In this document: piece by piece, positions 38,111 through 45,276 of the stretch
How positions within the stretch are numbered: the first letter of the stretch is position 1
How the letters are laid out: each line of letters starts with the position of its first letter
Assembly (NCBI GenBank): GCA_027008775.1
Contig: JALVDV010000009.1
Location: 1 to 48,080, forward strand
DNA length: 48,080 nucleotides
From: Candidatus Moraniibacteriota bacterium
GTDB lineage: Bacteria; Patescibacteriota; Minisyncoccia; Moranbacterales; DUUL01
Direction: 5' to 3'
Translations under genes and position numbers: made by a program
The notes under the pieces: model-generated
The model's input: only the letters and a program-made list of their open reading frames with translations
Databases searched by the model: none
What the model was told of the DNA's origin: nothing

Positions 38111-39229
38111 TTAACGAACCGACCGGTAACCTCCGGGCACTCCCTTTTTGGACAAAACTATTTGCCAAAGTTGATTCTTGCGAGCGCGGAAGGAGCCGGC
38201 GCAGGAAAGAAGGTAGTACTTCCACATCCGGTAAAAACGATAATCATATTTATCCTTTAATTTCGGGTAGTGTCTGTCAAAATTTTCAAACCAAGCCATC
38301 AGGGTTTTATCGTAATCGGTTCCAAAATTATGCCAATCTTCCATTACAAAAATATTTTCAATAGCTTTGCCTATTTGAGCGATGGAAGGCAACATTCCGC
38401 CGGGAAAAATGTATTTATCAATCCAGGCTTCGGTGTTACGCACAGATTTGTTTCCGCCAATGGTATGCAGCAAAGTTAGGCCGTCATCTTTTAACAGTTT
38501 GGCAACTGTTTGCATATACTGACGATAATTTTTGTAACCAACATGTTCAAACATGCCGACGGAAACGACTCTGTCAAATTTGCCTTGTAGGTCACGATAG
38601 TCTTTTAAGAGAATTGTTACCGGCAAGCCGGCGCATTTTTCCCGGGCCAGTTTGGCCTGTTCCCGGGAAACAGTGGTACCGACGACTTCTACCCGATATT
38701 TTTCCGCCAAGTATTTAGCCAACTCACCCCAGCCACAACCAATGTCCAATACTTTTTGTCCCGGTTGAAGTTGAAGCTTGCGAGCAATGAGTTCAAATTT
38801 GGCCAGTTGGGCTTCTTTGAGATTTTTTGCCCGGCGCCAATAGCCGCAACTATAAGCCATTACTTCTCCCAACATCAGACGGAAAAGATTATTGCCAATA
38901 TCATAGTGTTTTTTACCAATGTTGAAAGCTCGCAACTTGCGTCCGAAATTAAACAGAATTGGCTTTAACAAACGCCAGGCTGTTTTCCAATTTTTTATTT
39001 CCGGGCTTTGATCCAATTCGGCTCTCAGTATTTTTGTAAACAAAACATCCAATTGTTGGCTGTCCCACCAATCATCCATATAGGATTCGCCAAAACCGAG
39101 AGTGCCATCACGAAAAAGACGATCGTAAAAACGTTCATCGTGAACAACCAAGTCCCACGGTCTTGAACCGTTGATTTTGACATCGGCTCGGCTCAAAACT
39201 TTGTAGACTAAAGTTTTTTTACCATTCAT
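38111..39229 (-). CDS. cfa: Cyclopropane-fatty-acyl-phospholipid synthase
   Basis: LGFGESYMD, HYDIGN, YSCGYW, LDIGCGWG, VGMFEHVG, YIFPGG and RMWKYYL motifs. Confidence 0.95.
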   Translation of the reverse strand: MNGKKTLVYKVLSRADVKINGSRPWDLVVHDERFYDRLFRDGTLGFGESYMDDWWDSQQLDVLFTKILRAELDQSPEIKNWKTAWRLLKPILFNFGRKLRAFNIGKKHYDIGNNLFRLMLGEVMAYSCGYWRRAKNLKEAQLAKFELIARKLQLQPGQKVLDIGCGWGELAKYLAEKYRVEVVGTTVSREQAKLAREKCAGLPVTILLKDYRDLQGKFDRVVSVGMFEHVGYKNYRQYMQTVAKLLKDDGLTLLHTIGGNKSVRNTEAWIDKYIFPGGMLPSIAQIGKAIENIFVMEDWHNFGTDYDKTLMAWFENFDRHYPKLKDKYDYRFYRMWKYYLLSCAGSFRARKNQLWQIVLSKKGVPGGYRSVR

Positions 39230-39289
39230 TTTGAAATGATAAACAAAATTTGATTAACAATAATCAGGTGATCGCGAACTTGCCGGAAA

Positions 39290-40549
39290 CTAAATAATCT
39301 TTTTTTCTTTGGCTTTTTTGATAATCCTTTTGATAGCGATTTTGTAGGAAGCGCGTCGGTAAGTCAAACCTTCTTTTTCCGCCAATTCTTTAACTTGCCG
39401 ATAGGCCCCCACTATTTTTTCTTTCAATTTGCTGTTAACCTCCTCCAAACTCCAATGCTCTCCGCTTAAATTTTGTTTCCATTCAAAATAAGAAACGATG
39501 ACCCCGCCGGAATTAGCCAAGATTCCCGGTATAATTTTGATACCTTTGTCAACCAAAATCGGCTCGGCTACCGGCATAATCGGACCATTAGCCAATTCCA
39601 AAATCATTTTCGCTTGAACAGCTGGGGCGTTTTTAAGCGTGATAACTCCACCCAAGGCGGCCGGGATTAACAAATCAACGTCCAAACTTAACAATTCTTC
39701 GTTGTTGATTCGCCGGTATTTATCATAAGTAATTAACTTTTTTGTTTTCTCTTGACCGTGAACATATTTAATCAATTCGGGAATGTCCAAGCCTTCGGCA
39801 TCGTAAAGACCGCCGGAAGAGTCAGAAACGGCCACCACGCGATAGCCGGCGTCAAATAATAATTCCGCCATCACCGAACCGGCGTTACCAAAGCCTTGGA
39901 CGGCTACAGTTATTTCACTTTTTTCTTTGTCTTTATATTCTTCTTCTAAAATGTAAAAACCACCCATAGCTGTTGATTTATCACGACCTTCGGAACCGCC
40001 TTGCTCCACCGGTTTTCCGGTGATGAAGGCCGGGCTGGGTTGGCCGGCAATCTTCTCGTACTCATCCAGCATCCAAGCCATAATTTGCGGATTGGTATTG
40101 ACATCCGGCGCCGGAATATCTTTGTGTGGACCAACAATGTCAAAAATTTCTCTAACATAGCCACGAGCGATTTTCTCCAACTCTTTTTGAGAATAATTCT
40201 CCGGATTGATACGCACGCCCCCCTTGGCCCCGCCAAAAGGCAGGTCAACCAAGGATGTTTTTAGAGTCATTCCAAAGGCCAGTTCACTAACTTCATCCAC
40301 GTCCACTGATTGGTGAAATCGTATTCCTCCCTTCCCCGGACCGAGAATAAAACTGTATTGAACGCGGAAGCCGGTAATAATTTCCAAACTGCCATCATCT
40401 TTCTTAATGGGGAAGTTGACTTGCATAATTCTTTCCGGATGCTTTAACAAGACCAGTTCGTCTTTTGTTAAAAGATTCTCTTTACGGATATTATCTAGCT
40501 CCGTTTTACAATTTTGGCAAACAATCAGTTCGCCTTCGGTGTAAATCAT
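39290..40549 (-). CDS. Glu/Leu/Phe/Val dehydrogenase (glutamate dehydrogenase)
   Basis: GPGKGGIRF, GGAKGG, DIPAPDV, TGKP, QGFGNAG and NSGGVIVSYFEW motifs. Confidence 0.93.
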   Translation of the reverse strand: MIYTEGELIVCQNCKTELDNIRKENLLTKDELVLLKHPERIMQVNFPIKKDDGSLEIITGFRVQYSFILGPGKGGIRFHQSVDVDEVSELAFGMTLKTSLVDLPFGGAKGGVRINPENYSQKELEKIARGYVREIFDIVGPHKDIPAPDVNTNPQIMAWMLDEYEKIAGQPSPAFITGKPVEQGGSEGRDKSTAMGGFYILEEEYKDKEKSEITVAVQGFGNAGSVMAELLFDAGYRVVAVSDSSGGLYDAEGLDIPELIKYVHGQEKTKKLITYDKYRRINNEELLSLDVDLLIPAALGGVITLKNAPAVQAKMILELANGPIMPVAEPILVDKGIKIIPGILANSGGVIVSYFEWKQNLSGEHWSLEEVNSKLKEKIVGAYRQVKELAEKEGLTYRRASYKIAIKRIIKKAKEKKII

Positions 40550-40603
40550 ATTATTAAAGATTAAAGATTAAATTTTGCTTATTTCATTGTAGCACTTTAC
40601 TTT

Positions 40604-40969
40604 TCAATTGACCACCTTGCCAGTTGATTTTATCTTAGTCGCCAGCAAGAGACTGACCCCGGCTACAGTTAAAGCCAAGAATAACATTAAAACGAAAAAA
40701 GACCACTTATCCAAAATAAACCCGGTTATAAAAACAATTATTGAAGTGGTCGGCCTTAATAGCAAGCCTTTTAAGGAAAGTAGGCTAGCTCTATTTTCGT
40801 CACGAATTCTTTTATTAATTTCAACGGTTAATTTGGTGCTCAATATTCCCCTAATGAAATTGATTAACAGAACTCCAATCACGGAAACAATTAAATATTT
40901 CACCGTACCCATCAATAACATTGCCAGCATAAGACTAATCAACAACAGATTTAAAGTAATTTTGATTTT
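40604..40969 (-). pseudogene. C-terminal fragment of an MFS transporter
   Basis: About 4 TM helices with INKRIRDENRASLLS (MFS loop 10-11-like). The frame opens directly after the upstream TAG, with no N-terminal half or ATG start. Confidence 0.65.
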
Positions 40970-42241
40970 CTAGCGACAGGAATCCCGGCCTCCTTTTAGA
41001 TCGTAATCCATTTTTAGCCAACTGAATTTCATAGCATTGGCCTGGGGGCAGAATTTTTTCTTTTTCAATTCATACTCCACGCCCAAGACAGCTTTGTTTT
41101 GCCTAATGAAAGCCTGCAAAGGAGCGCACTCGTTGTATTCAAAGCATTGTTCGTTGATGGCAAAATCAAAATCATTAACCAGTTGTCCCACCTGTTCGAT
41201 ATCATTCTTCAAGGCAATGGCCAAGCCTCTTTTGTGAGCCTCTCGCGCCAACCATTTATTGTAGCGTAATTGATCTTGGGCGGTAATTTTGAAACCGGTC
41301 TTATTGGTATAGCCATCTATGTTGTCAGGTTCAATCCCGTCACATTTTTTCTTAACAGCCAAATCCATTCGCCTTAGGATGATGGGAGCGAATTTTTGAA
41401 ACTGAGCAATATTCAACCAACGTTCACCCGGCCAATCTTCCAATTTGCGACCGATAACATCTTTGGGAAATTGCCCGGCATCCGGTCGCCATTTTTCCCA
41501 AGTACCGGCGGAGAAATAACAAATAACTTTTATTCCCCTTTTGTGTAAACTGTCAATAACAGATTGCGGAGTATCAAATAAATCAATGTCATAAAGATTG
41601 ACATTATAGGAGGTGTTAATGGGTCCATCCAATTGCCACTGCCAGGTAATTCCGGGGCGAGGATGATACCAGGTGACTTTGTTGGTATTCTCTTTTTGCT
41701 CTGATTGATTGCCGACTTTATCATTTTCTTGGCCGGTGACTAAAGAGTAGCCGGCTTCTTTCCAGGCGTTTAGACCCCCTCGCAGTTCGTAAACTTCTTT
41801 GAAACCGAGTTCTCTGGCCAATTTTTCCGCTCGTTGACTACGGCATCCGGAAAGACAATAATACAGATATTTTTTATTTCTATCCATTTTGGCTACCTGC
41901 TCTTTAAAATCCGGTTGGAGAAAATCCAAATTTATAGCTCCCTTAATATGCCCTTCTTGATATTCCCGGGGCGTTCTGATATCAACAATAACATAGCCAC
42001 CCTCTTCAACCTTCTTTTTGAATTCAGTCGGAGAGAGCAGATTCACTCCAAAATTATTTTCATTACCCATTTCTGCCGGTTGCTCGTTTTTTACTTCCGG
42101 CTTTTGCTCACTATTTTGTCCGGAAATATTTTTGGAACGATTAAAATTGTAGAGAAAAATAACCAACATCAACAGGCCCAATATTGTTACCCCTCCCAAC
42201 CAAATAATTTTTCGTTTTAATATTTGTTTGAACATACTCAT
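40970..42241 (-). CDS. Membrane-anchored rhodanese domain + GH114 endo-alpha-1,4-polygalactosaminidase-like fusion
   Basis: VDIRTPREY..GHIKGA..YCLSGCRS..LRGGLNAW rhodanese; TWQWQL, YDIDLF, ICYFSAG, DGIEPDNID, LKND and NEQCF motifs of GH114. Confidence 0.88.
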   Translation of the reverse strand: MSMFKQILKRKIIWLGGVTILGLLMLVIFLYNFNRSKNISGQNSEQKPEVKNEQPAEMGNENNFGVNLLSPTEFKKKVEEGGYVIVDIRTPREYQEGHIKGAINLDFLQPDFKEQVAKMDRNKKYLYYCLSGCRSQRAEKLARELGFKEVYELRGGLNAWKEAGYSLVTGQENDKVGNQSEQKENTNKVTWYHPRPGITWQWQLDGPINTSYNVNLYDIDLFDTPQSVIDSLHKRGIKVICYFSAGTWEKWRPDAGQFPKDVIGRKLEDWPGERWLNIAQFQKFAPIILRRMDLAVKKKCDGIEPDNIDGYTNKTGFKITAQDQLRYNKWLAREAHKRGLAIALKNDIEQVGQLVNDFDFAINEQCFEYNECAPLQAFIRQNKAVLGVEYELKKKKFCPQANAMKFSWLKMDYDLKGGRDSCR

Positions 42242-42255
42242 TGATAAATTAATTA

Positions 42256-43551
42256 TTATTTAAAATTTGTTTGAGTATTTGTTTGAGTATTGGCGTCATT
42301 ACTTTCATTTTCTCCTTCAGCGCCGATAAACCTTGGGTTGGCAATATATTTTCTGAAGGTAGCCAAAGCCGCCGGTGAAGAATCCAAGCGTAAAGTGGCC
42401 CAAAGATTATCATCTTCTTCCCAGTTCTCGTGCCAAGGAGAAATTGCCTTGAATTGTAGAGGGCTTTGAGGATTTAAAATATACTGAAAGGCCCCGGCCA
42501 GCCAGTGATCTTTTCTACCCAAAGGATGATGATCAGTAACTCCGAATTCCAAAAGAGCAATCGGTTTCTTATTACTGATTTCCAAAATTCGTTGTTGTGT
42601 TTCTTTCATTATCTCCGGAAATGTGTCCCAGTAGTCTTCAGCCGGATTTTGGGGACCATAGGCGCTGATGCCAATCCAATCAACATAGTTGTCGCCGGGA
42701 TAATAATTTTTTTGGCGATTCCAAGCCACATCGGGATCAGAGTAAACATCCGGATGCCAGAACCAGGTAACATTTTTAACTTTTTCTTCTCGGAAAATGT
42801 CCACGATGTGCCGATAGGCATCTATAAATCTTTCCGGTCCGTCCGCTTTTTGCGGGTCTCCGTATTTGGTTTTAACGCCACCGCCATTAACCGCCCCGCT
42901 CCAAGGAAACCAATTACCGTTCATTTCCAGGCCGAAGTCAATTAAAACCATTTTACCGTAATCTTTGACATCTTTAGCGTATTGATGCAGTTCATCATCA
43001 AATTTTCCGTCAATAATTTTTTGCAGAGAAAAAGTTTTATCATAAGCTGTATCCAAAATTTTACGGGGCATCATACGAACAAAAGGAATAGTCCCGGTGG
43101 AAGCAATAATGTCAACTTTTTTACGGGGAAATTTTAGTCCGTCTCTTCCCCAATTATTGGAAAAATAAGCCCACTTGATTTTCTTGCCAACCAATTTGTT
43201 AAAATTTTCTATCCTTTTGGCGGTAACATAATCTTCCGGTCCGCCGAAGTCGGGAAAAGCGCCAAAGTAAATTTTGTCATCATCCGGCGGGAGAAGTTTT
43301 ATTTCCGAGATGGTTTGTTCTTTTTGCTTATCCGAATCAACTTTTCTGTCATTGTTTAACAAAGATGTTGCCTTTTTGCCATTAGTGCGATTGTTATCAT
43401 TAACGGATTGTTTTAGTGTTTTGTTTACCTTCTTTCGTAGATTTGGTTGTTTAGTAGAATGTATTTTAAAGAAGTAAAAAATCAATCCGACTGATAAAAT
43501 CGCCAAAAGAATCAACGAAATAATTAGTTTTGATTTTGATAAATTAGACAT
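42256..43551 (-). CDS. Membrane-anchored GH26 (beta-mannanase-like) glycoside hydrolase
   Basis: EMNGNWFPW, YYPGDNYVDWIG and KPIALLEFG motifs. Confidence 0.85.
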   Translation of the reverse strand: MSNLSKSKLIISLILLAILSVGLIFYFFKIHSTKQPNLRKKVNKTLKQSVNDNNRTNGKKATSLLNNDRKVDSDKQKEQTISEIKLLPPDDDKIYFGAFPDFGGPEDYVTAKRIENFNKLVGKKIKWAYFSNNWGRDGLKFPRKKVDIIASTGTIPFVRMMPRKILDTAYDKTFSLQKIIDGKFDDELHQYAKDVKDYGKMVLIDFGLEMNGNWFPWSGAVNGGGVKTKYGDPQKADGPERFIDAYRHIVDIFREEKVKNVTWFWHPDVYSDPDVAWNRQKNYYPGDNYVDWIGISAYGPQNPAEDYWDTFPEIMKETQQRILEISNKKPIALLEFGVTDHHPLGRKDHWLAGAFQYILNPQSPLQFKAISPWHENWEEDDNLWATLRLDSSPAALATFRKYIANPRFIGAEGENESNDANTQTNTQTNFK

Positions 43552-43645
43552 ATTGTTTAAAAAATAATTTTTAAATACTTATTTATTTGTTTGTTATTTG
43601 ATTTATGAATTTGAATTTGTATTTGCTGATTTGGAGTAGTTTGAC

Positions 43646-44266
43646 TTATGAAGGGATGTTAATTTTCCGACTGATGAGCAGTTTTGGTTCACCTTTGTCT
43701 AAGATTGGATCGGTACCGGTTTTGTAAACTTCCACTTGATAATTTCCGGGCTTTAGTTTGTCAACGGTAGCTTCCAGGGAAGAGTAGCATTGACAACGAC
43801 AACCACGACCATGCCAAATCTCGTAAATTTTAATCTGATTGTCACGAATATCAGATTTTATTTCTACTTGGCGACAACAAAGATGATAATCGGCGCGATA
43901 ATATTTTACAGCGTTGCCTTGAGCTTCCAGACGAATTGTTTTGGGACGATTAAAAAATTCTGAAGGACTATTTTTTCGGCCAGCCTGTTTTTTCGTCTGT
44001 TTTTGATCCCCTTCCCCACAGCCATTTACTTTGTAAGAAAAAATTGGTTTGATTTTTGTCGGTTTAAACTTGGAAATAAGTCTTTGAAATTTACCGGCGG
44101 ACTTTGGCGGTTGACCAGCAGGAAATTGATGAATTTGTTTATTTTGAGGAAAAATGTTTTCGGCGAAACTTTTAATGTTTTGACCAACCGGAAATTTCAG
44201 AAGCAAAATAGCCACTACAACAAAGATGGAAATGGCGATAGTCAGGAAAATTCTTTTTTTATTCAT
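43646..44266 (-). CDS. Hypothetical membrane-anchored Cys-rich protein
   Basis: N-terminal TM; HLCC and CRCQC motifs, LKPGNY. Confidence 0.7.
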   Translation of the reverse strand: MNKKRIFLTIAISIFVVVAILLLKFPVGQNIKSFAENIFPQNKQIHQFPAGQPPKSAGKFQRLISKFKPTKIKPIFSYKVNGCGEGDQKQTKKQAGRKNSPSEFFNRPKTIRLEAQGNAVKYYRADYHLCCRQVEIKSDIRDNQIKIYEIWHGRGCRCQCYSSLEATVDKLKPGNYQVEVYKTGTDPILDKGEPKLLISRKINIPS

Positions 44267-44457
44267 TTTGTTTTTTTATTTTTTAAATTTTTATGCTTGC
44301 GTTTGTTTTGAAATTTTTTGAAGTGTTTCTGAAGAGACTTTATCTGCAAAAAAACCTGCAAAAATCTGAACTTGATAACCGCGGAAATCAAAACCTGATT
44401 GTTTCATTGTTTAGTAATCGGGAAATGATGTTCTCCGTCGGTTGTGAAAAATTTTTG

Positions 44458-44528
44458 TCGGGATGCCGAGAGTTGAACTCGGGCTACACGCACCCCATGC
44501 GTGCGTACTACCGTTATACTACACCCCG
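44458..44528 (-). tRNA. tRNA-Pro(GGG)
   Basis: Reverse complement CGGGGTGTAGTATAACGGTAGTACGCACGCATGGGGTGCGTGTAGCCCGAGTTCAACTCTCGGCATCCCGA folds as a cloverleaf; anticodon GGG. Confidence 0.93.
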
Positions 44529-44650
44529 CTAAAATGGTTTTCTACGCTGATTATACTAACATTGTTTGGGCATCTTTTCAAATAGACCTTGCTTCTGACG
44601 ACTTGATGCGTTAGGACAAAAATAGCCAAGCATAAAAAAGGAGGTGCGAA

Positions 44651-44743
44651 ATGAAAAAAGGGGGGGAAGAATTTTTAGGAAAGGTGAAGAGGTTTTTTAT
44701 GAATTGGGAGGTGATTTTTTTATTGTTCTTTCTCTCTGGTTGA
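44651..44743 (+). CDS. Putative 30-aa hydrophobic peptide MKKGGEEFLGKVKRFFMNWEVIFLLFFLSG
   Basis: Strong AAGGAGGTG RBS with correct spacing; below the ORF-track cutoff. Confidence 0.45.
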   Translation: MKKGGEEFLGKVKRFFMNWEVIFLLFFLSG

Positions 44744-44817
44744 ATTTAAAGAATCAAAGCCAGAGGAACTAAAAAGAGAAGGAATTTATCTAGAGTTTCT
44801 CCTTTCTGAGGTTCGGC

Positions 44818-44914
44818 CAAGCTTTCTGGATGTTATTTTCTACCTGATGTTTGACACTTTATTGATTAAAGAAGAAGTCAAACATGTGTCCGAAAATAGC
44901 ATCCAGAAAGCTTG
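44818..44914. other. Long (~97 nt) imperfect inverted repeat/hairpin
   Basis: CAAGCTTTCTGGATGTTATTTTC...GAAAATAGCATCCAGAAAGCTTG outer stem and ATGTTTGAC...GTCAAACAT inner stem. Confidence 0.8.
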
Positions 44915-45069
44915 ATGGACAAAGGATTTAGGGGGATAACACTAAATGAGTTAAAGTTGTAAAAAAAGAGGGAGGGAAAAGGCGAAAGAATTGGGAATGT
45001 GGCCGTAACGGTCAAAAATCTCCTGGGGCTGAATTTCATCAGCCTTTTTGTTTTTAAAAATTCTTTATT

Positions 45070-45198
45070 TTATCTTCTTGTTTTCAACGGCCTCCACCAA
45101 TCGGGATTGTTTTTGTACCAATCAACGGTTTGTTTTAGACCTTCTTTCCAGGAGATTTTTGGCTCCCAACCCAGTTCGTTTTTGATTTTGCTGAAATT
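45070..45198 (-). pseudogene. C-terminal remnant of dTDP-glucose 4,6-dehydratase (RmlB/RfbB-like)
   Basis: Manual translation NFSKIKNELGWEPKISWKEGLKQTVDWYKNNPDWWRPLKTRR*; in-frame TGA at 45229-45231 shortly upstream. Confidence 0.75.
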
Positions 45199-45276
45199 GG
45201 GCAACTTTTTGCTAAATTTTTGCAAACTTCATTTTACCTAACCCCATTGGCGACTCTTATAAAACAATGAAAAACC

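Noticed and set aside
40604-44528. Integrative island at tRNA-Pro or tRNA-Thr
   Set aside because: No integrase and no duplicated tRNA 3' end seen in the window.
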